Assembly: GCA_963745035.1 (NCBI GenBank)
Contig: CAVUVW010000004.1
Span: 7,425-71,424 of the forward strand
Origin: an uncultured delta proteobacterium
GTDB taxonomy: Bacteria; Desulfobacterota; Binatia; UBA9968
Length of the DNA: 64,000 nucleotides
Reading direction: 5' to 3'
Below the pieces are notes generated by a model. That model searched no databases, was not told the DNA's origin, and saw nothing but the letters and a program-made list of their open reading frames with translations. Shown here one piece after another: positions 29,173-37,550 of this stretch. The first letter of the stretch is position 1, and every line of letters begins with the position of its first letter. The position numbers were made by a program, and so were the translations under genes.

Positions 29173-30114
29173 ATGCCTTCGAGTACCGAACGACCGGCAC
29201 TGACCCGGTTTGCCTGGCTTTCTGTGGGGGCGGCGGTCCTGACCATCGGCCTCAAGTTCGCCGCTTATCTGGTCACGGACTCGGTGGGACTTCTTTCCGA
29301 CGCGCTGGAATCGCTCGTCAATCTCGCGGCAGCACTGATGGCTCTCGCCATGCTCACGATCGCCGGCCGGGCTCCGGACGAGATGCACGCGTTCGGCTAC
29401 AGCAAGGCCGAGTATTTTTCCAGCGGCGTCGAAGGCGCGCTCATCCTGATCGCCGCGGCGAGCATCCTCTGGGCCGCAATCCCGCGGCTCCTGTCGCCGC
29501 AGCCGGTGGAAAAAATCGGAGCCGGTGTAGTCGCCTCGATGGCCGCATCGGCGATCAATTTCGCCGTCGCGCGCCGTCTGCTCCAAGCAGGCAAAGAGCA
29601 CCGGTCCATCACCCTGGAGGCTGATGCCCATCATCTCATGAGCGACGTATGGACGTCCGCCGGCATCCAGTTGGGCGTCGTTGCGGTGTATTTCACCGGT
29701 TGGAATCGGCTCGATCCGATCATCGCCATCGTCATTGCCGCGAACATCGTTCGCATCGGAGGACAGCTGCTGCGCCGCTCCGTGCTCGGATTGCTGGACC
29801 GGGCGCTGCCCGCGGCGGAGCAGGACGCGATCAAAGCAGCGCTGAGCCGATACGAGCGCGACGGGATTCGCTACCACGCCCTGCGCACGCGCAGCGCCGG
29901 AGCGCGGTCGTTTATTTCTTTGCACGTGCTGGTGCCGGGAGACTGGTCGGTGCAGCGGGGCCATGACCTTCTAGAAAATGTGGAACGAGATCTACGAGAA
30001 GCAGTTCCGGGTTCGGCCGTCTTTACGCACCTCGAACCCATCGATGATCCCGCCGCCTGGGAGGATCAGGAGCTGGATAGCACGCATGACACGATCGGCT
30101 CTAGAAAGATTTGA
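29173..30114 (+). CDS. cation diffusion facilitator (CDF) family metal efflux transporter
   Basis: Six TM helices are followed by a cytoplasmic domain. Metal-site motifs are [10 protein letters not shown] (TM2) and AHHLMSDVW (TM5). Confidence 0.9.
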   Translation: MPSSTERPALTRFAWLSVGAAVLTIGLKFAAYLVTDSVGLLSDALESLVNLAAALMALAMLTIAGRAPDEMHAFGYSKAEYFSSGVEGALILIAAASILWAAIPRLLSPQPVEKIGAGVVASMAASAINFAVARRLLQAGKEHRSITLEADAHHLMSDVWTSAGIQLGVVAVYFTGWNRLDPIIAIVIAANIVRIGGQLLRRSVLGLLDRALPAAEQDAIKAALSRYERDGIRYHALRTRSAGARSFISLHVLVPGDWSVQRGHDLLENVERDLREAVPGSAVFTHLEPIDDPAAWEDQELDSTHDTIGSRKI

Positions 30115-30965
30115 GACAAAATTTACTGAGGCAATTATTTCGAGCATCGGCGACACTATCAGCGCGGCGTCTTCGGCTTCGCGCAGTTTATGAATCGCTG
30201 CGTCACCCATTGGCACTTCTATAAATTCACCCGCGAAGGGACCTTCGGCCGCCTCCGTCTTTTCAATTCCGGGTAGCCACGCGAGCAGCGCCGCGCGACT
30301 TTAAGGTTTTTCGAAATCTGGAATCAGGCGAACCCTGATGGCAATCCATCCGCCGCTCTGGCAAGTGCAAGACTGCGGGGACGGAATTGTAGGACCGCAA
30401 GCTTTCACAAGAGCGGGTCAATGGTGTCGGGCAGATTCAAATTCGCTATGACCCTGCGTATAGTTGCTCGTCGATAAGGCGATACCTACATGCCGGAGAA
30501 GAGGGAGAAGCGGACGTTTGGTAGATCCAAAGGTGAGTGGCGTCAGCGAGAATGAGCGCGGGCAAGCAGGATTTCTGGCGGCTCGTCCTTTGGCGCCCCT
30601 GTGTTTAGGGAATCGAAGCATGCAAGCCTCACTCTGCGAAGACATGAGGCGCACGAGCGTACCTTCAAGCCCTGGGTGAGGACGGTGGTGTCCTTGATCC
30701 CGCGTCCTTCTGGCCGTAATCTCTTCTTTCTAGAAACTGACCCCTCAGATTTAAATGCTTGGAATCTTGGCGGGAAATCCATCACGTTAAGCTGAACGAG
30801 AACCTGTAAGAGCCGTTCGTTACACTGTACCGCTGCCTCACCATCAATTCCGATCGCTTCAAACCCTCCACTTTTTTATCGTAACTTCAGATCGCGCGGA
30901 GAATAACGTCGTTTCCGTCTGACTTGCTGGCGGAAAGCTGCGGCGGGGCGACAATTTTAGGGAGA

Positions 30966-31184
30966 CTAACGAGAGGCGGCGCGACGATTTGAGGCCGAAA
31001 GTCCGCCTTGAATCAGTACCAGATGACGGCCGGTATTCGTGCTTTTGCCCGCGGGAGCGTGGCCAGTATCAGGTTGCGCGGCGGTCGCGGCGATATCCTG
31101 ATCCGAATGCAGCGAAGTAAGCGTCTCCGCACACAGATTAAGTATCTCAATCAGCGTGCCTGCGCTCCCGTTCGATCGGCCCAT
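30966..31184 (-). pseudogene. degenerate N-terminal fragment of an ABC-transporter ATPase
   Basis: The 72-aa ORF reads GTLIEILNLCAETLTSLHSDQDIAATAAQPDTGHAPAGKSTNTGRHLVLIQGGLS. This follows the ABC N-terminal pattern (LIEI.NL....... then Walker A GxxxxGKST) and then terminates. No Q-loop, signature or Walker B follows. Confidence 0.4.
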
Positions 31185-31358
31185 GCTTTCAGGAGAGGCA
31201 AAATCCGTGCAAGAGCGTGGAGTCCGTTAAGGGAGTTTTTGAGCGCAATTGAGATAAGAAGCCGGGTGGCGGTGGCGGAAATGGCACGAAAAGTAACAAA
31301 CGCGTTCGCAAGCTGTTGGTTTGCGGTCCGGCACCGCCGCCATTGATCTCGGCGGCAA

Positions 31359-32237
31359 TCAGCGCGAGGTGAAGCGAATAAACTCGATGAGGTTTTTCTC
31401 GGCAGAGCTGAGAGTCTTGGCGGGATTGTAAATGAGGCGCGCTTTCGGATGCGGAATCAGTTTTTCCAAGGCAACGGTGCGCAGCCTGCTGTTGTCCTCG
31501 GGTTCGACGCAGATGTCGTGAACGATGCCCAGGCCGACGGCATTGGCAACGTAGCGCTTCACTTCCATGCACGTGCTGGCTTCCATCTCTGTATGAAGAG
31601 TAAGATTCTTTTTTCGGAAAGCGCCGTCGATGATCGCGCGCGTAGTGGTGAACGATTGCATCAAGACCATCGGCTGCTGAGCGAGTTCTTTGAGTCCTAC
31701 CTGTTTGGCGGTGAAGTTCACTCCCTGACGGGGAATCACCAACGTGAGTTTGGGAGTGATCAAGGGAATTTCTTTGAGATCGACAAAAGCATGGGGAAAC
31801 AGACCCATGGCCAGGTCGGCGTCGCCGGATCGCACCATCGAGAGCGCGTCCGCATGGCTGCGCGCAAGAATGGTTAGCTTGATCGACGGATAGGCGGCGC
31901 GAAAGCGCGCCAGGCTCGGCAGATAAAAATAACGAAGGCAGGCGGGAGCAGCGAGGGCGATCGTTCCGCAAAAATCGTTGGCCCGGCTCTTTGCTTTGGC
32001 GCCGGCTTCATGGACACTATCCAAAATCTTCTTCGCGTCGAGGTAGAAGTTCGCACCTTTCGGCGTCAAGGCCAGTTTTCGTCCTTTGATTTCGAAGAGC
32101 TTCAGTCCGAGCTCCTGCTCGAGAGTTTTGATCTGCTGTGAAACCGCCGACGGAGTGAGAAAACAGCGCCGCGCGGCTTCCTTCAAAGTGCCGGATTGCA
32201 CGATCTGGCAAAAGCTGTTGAGTTGGCGAAGCTCCAT
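31359..32237 (-). CDS. LysR-type transcriptional regulator, divergent from the catabolic cluster
   Basis: The N-terminal wHTH reads MELRQLNSFCQIVQSGTLKEAARRCFLTPSAVSQQIKTLEQELGLKLF. A full-length co-inducer domain follows. Confidence 0.95.
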   Translation of the reverse strand: MELRQLNSFCQIVQSGTLKEAARRCFLTPSAVSQQIKTLEQELGLKLFEIKGRKLALTPKGANFYLDAKKILDSVHEAGAKAKSRANDFCGTIALAAPACLRYFYLPSLARFRAAYPSIKLTILARSHADALSMVRSGDADLAMGLFPHAFVDLKEIPLITPKLTLVIPRQGVNFTAKQVGLKELAQQPMVLMQSFTTTRAIIDGAFRKKNLTLHTEMEASTCMEVKRYVANAVGLGIVHDICVEPEDNSRLRTVALEKLIPHPKARLIYNPAKTLSSAEKNLIEFIRFTSR

Positions 32238-32267
32238 GGTAATCGTTTAGAAAAACTACACTGACGA

Positions 32268-32312
32268 TTAAATAAATTAAGATTGACACTGCTTCAAGAC
32301 GGTCAGTAGTAT
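32268..32312 (+). promoter_or_regulatory. LTTR box (T-N11-A, TTAA-N5-TTAA) abutting a near-consensus sigma-70 promoter
   Basis: The dyad TTAAATAAATTAA lies at 32268-32280. The -35 TTGACA is at 32283-32288, followed by an 18-nt spacer and the -10 TAGTAT at 32307-32312. This is 34 nt upstream of the Rieske gene ATG. Confidence 0.5.
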
Positions 32313-32345
32313 GGCCGCGCGTGAAGGAATCTTAAGCAGCGAAGA

Positions 32346-33557
32346 ATGAAAAAACACTCCGAAGTATTATTGGCCGACTTGTGTCGCGTGGGCCGCGAAA
32401 CTCCCGCAGGCCAATGGCTGCGCCGATATTGGCTCGCGGTCGGAACCACCCGGGAGCTTTACGACATTCCCCGAGCGGTCAAGGTTTTGGGCGAAGACTT
32501 GGTGCTGTTTCGCGACCCACAGGGCAAAATCGGCTTGTTGGGTCTTCGCTGCCCGCACCGCGGGGCTTCATTGGAATACGGCGACATCGAAGCCGGCGGC
32601 TTGCGCTGTCCGTACCACGGCTGGCTGTTCGACGTGGGCGGGCGCTGTTTGGAGATGCCGGCCGAGGCGACCGACAGTAAGTTCCCTGAAAAGGTGAAGC
32701 ACTTATCTTATCCGGTTCAGGAACTGGGCGGGCTGCTCTTCGCCTATCTTGGACCTGAGCCAACCGATCCCCCGCCCTTGCCCAAATACCGCGCGCTGGC
32801 CGATCCTGCCGGCCGGCGATCGTTGGAGGCGACGCGCGTCTACGATTACAACTGGTTCAACTTTATCGAAAACGGCGCCGACCCGGCGCATTTTTCGATC
32901 CTGCACCGCGCCGATCCGAACGATGGCACCTGGCGCAGCTGGTTTTTTAATTTCAAGGACATTCCGCCGTTCGACGCAGTCGAGACTTCCTACGGGATGA
33001 AAGTCGTGTCGCGCAAGCCGGGACCGACCGGCGACACCGAATACGTCGATGAAAAGAGTTTCGCGCTGCCGAGCATTCTGCAGATCGGCGACACCGAGTT
33101 TACTCACTTCAAGCAGCCGCGCGAGGCGCTCACCGCCGGCTCGCACAACGCCCACTTCATGTTCGTCACGCCGAACGACGATCACAGCTTTACGCTGTTC
33201 ACGGTCAATCACTACACAGGCTCCGATCCGGAATTTTTCGAGAAACTGTCGCCGAGCCGCAAGGTCGAAGCCAAGGCCGAGAAGAAGAGCTATGACCGGC
33301 GCAAGTATTCGCCGTTTCGCGGCAACGTGCGCACAGAGGACATCGCATGCCAGGCGACTCAGCCGCTGCTCGATGAACGTCGGGAGCAACTCGCAACTTC
33401 CGACAAGGGCGTGATTCTGATTCGAAAGATTATCCGGGGCGCGGTCGAGGCGGTGGAGAAGGGCGACGTCCCCAAAGGAATTCCCTCGCGCGGCGATGCG
33501 GAGAAGATGATCCGAATCGATTCGTTCACCGGTATCCGAGCAAAAGGAGGGAGCTGA
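32346..33557 (+). CDS. Rieske non-haem-iron oxygenase, alpha-only type (A1)
   Basis: The Rieske motif is CPHRGASLEYGDIEAGGLRCPYHGW. The mononuclear Fe motif is ENGADPAHFSILH. The N-terminal GQWLRRYW block is typical of phthalate/VanA-type oxygenases. Confidence 0.9.
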   Translation: MKKHSEVLLADLCRVGRETPAGQWLRRYWLAVGTTRELYDIPRAVKVLGEDLVLFRDPQGKIGLLGLRCPHRGASLEYGDIEAGGLRCPYHGWLFDVGGRCLEMPAEATDSKFPEKVKHLSYPVQELGGLLFAYLGPEPTDPPPLPKYRALADPAGRRSLEATRVYDYNWFNFIENGADPAHFSILHRADPNDGTWRSWFFNFKDIPPFDAVETSYGMKVVSRKPGPTGDTEYVDEKSFALPSILQIGDTEFTHFKQPREALTAGSHNAHFMFVTPNDDHSFTLFTVNHYTGSDPEFFEKLSPSRKVEAKAEKKSYDRRKYSPFRGNVRTEDIACQATQPLLDERREQLATSDKGVILIRKIIRGAVEAVEKGDVPKGIPSRGDAEKMIRIDSFTGIRAKGGS

Positions 33558-33558
33558 G

Positions 33559-34989
33559 TTGAAAGTTCGTTCGACGGTATCTCGCTGGTTAGTTGCGGTG
33601 ATTCTGTCCGTTGCGTTGCGCGCCGGCGTTGTCGATGCCGCGCCGCTGCGCGTGGCGTACAGCGCCATCAGTGGCGCGATGTCGTCGCTCTGGGTGGCGC
33701 AGGAGGGCGGCTATTTGAAACGCGAAGGGCTCGATACCGAATTGCTTTACATCGGCGGTGGCTCGCTTCTGATCCAATCGATGATCAGCGGCGACGTGCC
33801 GTTCGCCTACGGTCCGTCGGTGCCGGTGATCAACGCTTCGCTGCGCGGCGCGGATCTGGTGCTGATCGGCAACACCGGCAATTCTTTGGTCTTCTCGATC
33901 ATGTCGCGGCCCGAGATCAAGCAGCCGGCGCAGCTCAAGGGCAAGAAAGTCGGCGTGACCCGCCTCGGCGGCTCCACCGATTGGGCGCTGGACGCTGCCT
34001 TGAAACAGTGGGGGCTTGATCGGCGCGAGCTCACGGTCATTCAAACCGGCGGGATGCCGGAAGGGTTGGCCGGTCTTATCGCCGGCGCACTCGACGCCGT
34101 GGTGCTATCGCCGCCGAGCAACTTCCGCGCGGCAAAGTCCGGCATGCACGAGTTGGTCGACGTAGGGCAGTTGAAGATCATCTTTCCCAACACGCCCTTA
34201 TCCGCGTCCGAGTCCTTCATCAAATCGAACCGCGAAACCGTGCTCCGTTTCCTGCGTGGCTTCACTCAAGGTTTACATCGCCTGCGCACCGACAAAGAAT
34301 TCAGCATGAAGGTTCTCTCCAAGTACACCAAGGTCACCGATGCCGAGACTTTGGGTCAGCTGCACCAGACTTACGGCGTACGCTACAGCGGCGACCGAAT
34401 TCCTTACATCCGGGCGGAGGGCGTAGACGAAATTCTGAAGCGCACTCCTGGTAAGGAAGCGCGCGAAGCCAAGGTAGACAGCTTCATCGATAACAGTTTG
34501 TTGAAAGACCTAGAGCAGAGCGGCTGGTTCAAAAGTTTGGGACGCGTGAGCATGCGGAGTCGTAGTCACCGGAGGCTCCGGACGATTGGGGCAATACGTC
34601 ATTCGGGAGCTTTTCACTCATGCGCATGGAGTGCTGTCGTTGGACGTAGTCAAGCCGCGCGAATGCTTATGCCCGACGGAGGTCGTCGATCTGCAAAAGT
34701 TCGAGGCCTTGGCGGCGCACTTCAAAGGCGCCGACGCGGTAGTGCATCTGGCGCGGATTCGCTTTCCGTACACCGAAACCGGCTTCGATCCGGCGAAGCA
34801 ACAATGGCAGTTCAGCGATCCAGGCGGCGATGCCGACCGCTTCAAGCAAAACGTTGCGCTGACCAGCAACGTCCTGGCGGCGGCCGAGGCATGCGGCGTG
34901 GGGCGAGTCGTTTGCGGTTCGAGTTTGGCCGTGTACGGGTTGTATTATCCGACCAGACCGCAACTGCCGGATTATTTACCGGTGGATGA
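33559..34989 (+). CDS. exported NMT1/SsuA-type substrate-binding protein (SBP1); ORF lacks the expected stop and reads on about 148 codons
   Basis: TTG start follows AAGGAGGGA. Signal peptide is LVAVILSVALRAGVVDA. Similarity to the paralogue at 41297 (about half of aligned residues by eye) ends at ..LEQSGWFKSLGR (nt ~34545). The remaining Arg/Ser-rich tail overlaps the next gene and is not credible protein. Confidence 0.8.
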   Translation: MKVRSTVSRWLVAVILSVALRAGVVDAAPLRVAYSAISGAMSSLWVAQEGGYLKREGLDTELLYIGGGSLLIQSMISGDVPFAYGPSVPVINASLRGADLVLIGNTGNSLVFSIMSRPEIKQPAQLKGKKVGVTRLGGSTDWALDAALKQWGLDRRELTVIQTGGMPEGLAGLIAGALDAVVLSPPSNFRAAKSGMHELVDVGQLKIIFPNTPLSASESFIKSNRETVLRFLRGFTQGLHRLRTDKEFSMKVLSKYTKVTDAETLGQLHQTYGVRYSGDRIPYIRAEGVDEILKRTPGKEAREAKVDSFIDNSLLKDLEQSGWFKSLGRVSMRSRSHRRLRTIGAIRHSGAFHSCAWSAVVGRSQAARMLMPDGGRRSAKVRGLGGALQRRRRGSASGADSLSVHRNRLRSGEATMAVQRSRRRCRPLQAKRCADQQRPGGGRGMRRGASRLRFEFGRVRVVLSDQTATAGLFTGG

Positions 34990-35431
34990 AGACCATCCGC
35001 GCCGCCCGCAAGACCCGTACGGTTTGACCAAGATCGTCGGCGAGCAGCTTTGCGATGCTTTGACCTGGAGAACCGGCGCGCAGGTCGCGAGCTTACGATT
35101 CGCCGGCGTCTACACCGAGGCGCACCGGTCCATGCTGCTCGAGCGGAGAGAAAATCCGCTCGTCCGCGGCACCGGCGCCCTGTGGAGCTACGTCGATGCG
35201 CGCGACGCAGCGCGCGCATGCCGGTTGGCTTTGGAAACGGACTTTGCCGGGCACCAGGCGTTCAATATTTGCGCACCAATCAGTCTCTCGGACACTGAGA
35301 CCGGGGAACTCGTCAGCCGGTATCTTTCTCAAGTCCGACGAATTCGCGATGGTCTGCAAGGTAACTGGTCAGGATACGATACTAAGAAAGCGGCGGCGGT
35401 GTTCGGTTTCCGCGCGCTGCACGTTCTCTAA
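34586..35431 (+). CDS. NAD-dependent epimerase/dehydratase (extended SDR); true N-terminus lies upstream of the track start
   Basis: In the same frame, upstream of the TTG at 34586, the sequence reads VVVTGGSGRLGQYVIREL (Rossmann GxxGxxG) back to a TGA at 34547-34549. No start codon lies in that frame. The catalytic YGLTK (YxxxK) is present. Confidence 0.8.
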   Translation: MGQYVIRELFTHAHGVLSLDVVKPRECLCPTEVVDLQKFEALAAHFKGADAVVHLARIRFPYTETGFDPAKQQWQFSDPGGDADRFKQNVALTSNVLAAAEACGVGRVVCGSSLAVYGLYYPTRPQLPDYLPVDEDHPRRPQDPYGLTKIVGEQLCDALTWRTGAQVASLRFAGVYTEAHRSMLLERRENPLVRGTGALWSYVDARDAARACRLALETDFAGHQAFNICAPISLSDTETGELVSRYLSQVRRIRDGLQGNWSGYDTKKAAAVFGFRALHVL

Positions 35432-35456
35432 AAACCGGAATCTCCCGATAGGAGGA

Positions 35457-36542
35457 ATGATGCCATCGCAAAGCGAATTTGTGCCGAAAACCTACGGAGC
35501 TACCCCGTTCGATCAGTTTCTCGAATGGGAAGAAATTCCGGTTATCAGAAACTTCGTTGTCAGTGACATCCGTAAACTTCCGGTGGAGCCCTGGCGCCGG
35601 CGCGGTGGTCTCGGTTGCTACATCATTCTCGGACATCCGAAGGAGCCACCCAACTCGGCGGCGTATGTGTGTGAAATTCCCCCGGGTCAAAGTCTAAAAC
35701 CGCAAAAGCAGATGTTCGAGGAAATGATCTTTGTCCTCAAGGGACGCGGGGCGACGACGGTCTGGCTTGATGACGGAAAAAAGCAGACATTCGAATGGCA
35801 GGAGCGCTCGATGTTTTCGATCCCGTTGAATGCATGGCACCAGCATTTCAACGGCCAAGGCGGAGAAACCGTGCGCTATATCGGCTACACCAATGCGCCG
35901 TCCGCTTTCAATCTGTATCACAACTATGATTTTGTCTTTAACAATCCATACCAATTCCTCGACCGCTTTCACGGCGAAGAAGGCTACTTTAGCGGCAAGG
36001 GAACTGCGTTATCTGAGCGCCGGGTCTGGGATACCGCCTTTATCGCCGATATTGAGAAGCTTCAATTTCATGACTGGACTAAAAAGGGTCCAGGCGCCAC
36101 CAACGTCGAGCTCGAGTTCTGCGACAACATAATTTCCGCGCATATCACCAGATCTCCCGTTGGCGCTTACAAAAAAGCGCACCGTCACGGCCTCGGCGCC
36201 GACATTCTCGTGCTCGAGGGAAAGGGCTTCTCGCTCATGTGGCTCGAAGGCTCGCCTATGGAGCGCTACGACTGGGGCGAGTTCAGCATGTTTTCGCCGC
36301 CGCATATGTGGTTTCATCAGCACTTCAACACTGCCAAGGAGCCGCTCAAGATGCTCGCCTTCAAGCCATTTGGACAGAAGTTTCAGGTGATGGACTACGA
36401 CAAACTCTTCGTCAGCACCGGCGGAGGCGGACATTTGATCGAATTTCCCGATGAAGACCCAAAAGTGAAAGCGATGTTCGAGGAGGAACTTTGTAAAGAA
36501 GGTGTCCCTCTTAACATGCCGGCGCATATTTACAAGCGCTGA
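35457..36542 (+). CDS. bicupin protein (gentisate-1,2-dioxygenase-like fold)
   Basis: ATG-ATG follows AGGAGGA. There are two cupin barrels. The first lacks the HxH (..PQKQMFEEMIFVLKGRG..WHQHFN). The second has AHRHGLGADILVLEGKG and WFHQHFN. Confidence 0.7.
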   Translation: MMPSQSEFVPKTYGATPFDQFLEWEEIPVIRNFVVSDIRKLPVEPWRRRGGLGCYIILGHPKEPPNSAAYVCEIPPGQSLKPQKQMFEEMIFVLKGRGATTVWLDDGKKQTFEWQERSMFSIPLNAWHQHFNGQGGETVRYIGYTNAPSAFNLYHNYDFVFNNPYQFLDRFHGEEGYFSGKGTALSERRVWDTAFIADIEKLQFHDWTKKGPGATNVELEFCDNIISAHITRSPVGAYKKAHRHGLGADILVLEGKGFSLMWLEGSPMERYDWGEFSMFSPPHMWFHQHFNTAKEPLKMLAFKPFGQKFQVMDYDKLFVSTGGGGHLIEFPDEDPKVKAMFEEELCKEGVPLNMPAHIYKR

Positions 36543-36550
36543 GGCCATTC

Positions 36551-37525
36551 ATGAGAAAGAGCAACATGCAGAAAAAGTTGATCTTGGCACTCGCGCTAGT
36601 AGTTTCTCTTGCCGCGATGCCACCTGTGTCATGGTCGTTGGAAAAGGTCCGGCTCGGCTATAGCGGAATCGGTTCCGGCGAGGAAGTTCACCATTTCGCC
36701 AAAGAAGCGGGTTTGTTCCAAAAAGCCGGCCTCGACGTCGAAATCGTTTACATACCGGGGGGCTCGACGGTCGTGCAGGCGATGGCGTCAGGTGAGATCC
36801 AGTTCGGTCGCGGTTCGGCCACTGAAGTCGTCAGCGCACATATGGCCGGCTTTCCGCTCAAGATTCTCGCGGCGCTCATCAACAAGTTCGTCTACAGTTT
36901 CGTAACACCAACGACTGTCGTGAAGCCGCAAGACCTCAAGGGCCGGGCAGTGGCGATCAGCCGCTTTGGTTCTGGTTCGGATTTCATCACCCGTCTGGCG
37001 CTCAAGTCCTGGGGGCTGGAACCGATGAGGGATGTGACCATACTGCAAGTCGGCAATTCCCCCGAGCGATTGGCGGCGATCGTCGGCGGCAAAGTGCATG
37101 GTTCGATTCTTTCCCTGTCGCAGACGCCGAGAGCCAAGGCGTTGGGCCTGCGCGTGCTCGCTGATCTGTCGCAGATCGATGCCGAATATCCGCAAGGGGT
37201 TCTTTACGTGTCATCGTCCTTGATCGAAAAACGCCCGGACTTGATGCGGACTTTTTTGGGCGCATATGTCGAGGCGATTCGTCAATTCAAAACGAATAAA
37301 CAGCTTGCTTATAAAATTATTGCGAAAAGCAGCGGCTTGAAGGACCGGGCTGAGATCGAAGAGTATCATAACCTTTTGTCTAAAAACTTCTTGCTGGATA
37401 ATCCGATGCCGACTGTAGCCGGCGTCAAGACGGTGTTGGAAGATCTCGGCTCAAAAAATCCCAAGGTGCGTGAAATCAAGCCGGAGGATCTGATGGATAC
37501 ACGCTTCTTGCGGGCGTTGAAATAA
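36551..37525 (+). CDS. exported NMT1/SsuA-type substrate-binding protein (SBP2)
   Basis: Signal peptide is LILALALVVSLAAMPPVSWS. The type-II SBP layout shows blocks DLKGRAVAISRFGSGSDF and LSQIDAEYPQGVLYVS. Confidence 0.85.
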   Translation: MRKSNMQKKLILALALVVSLAAMPPVSWSLEKVRLGYSGIGSGEEVHHFAKEAGLFQKAGLDVEIVYIPGGSTVVQAMASGEIQFGRGSATEVVSAHMAGFPLKILAALINKFVYSFVTPTTVVKPQDLKGRAVAISRFGSGSDFITRLALKSWGLEPMRDVTILQVGNSPERLAAIVGGKVHGSILSLSQTPRAKALGLRVLADLSQIDAEYPQGVLYVSSSLIEKRPDLMRTFLGAYVEAIRQFKTNKQLAYKIIAKSSGLKDRAEIEEYHNLLSKNFLLDNPMPTVAGVKTVLEDLGSKNPKVREIKPEDLMDTRFLRALK

Positions 37526-37550
37526 GGCGAGTTGCAGAAAGGCGGTCAGT

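Noticed and set aside
34546-34989. The 148-codon C-terminal extension of the SBP1 ORF, considered as a possible extra domain.
   Set aside because: It is an Arg/Ser/Gly-rich low-complexity translation that overlaps the SDR gene in another frame. The paralogue SBP3 ends exactly where similarity stops, so this is read-through after a lost stop.
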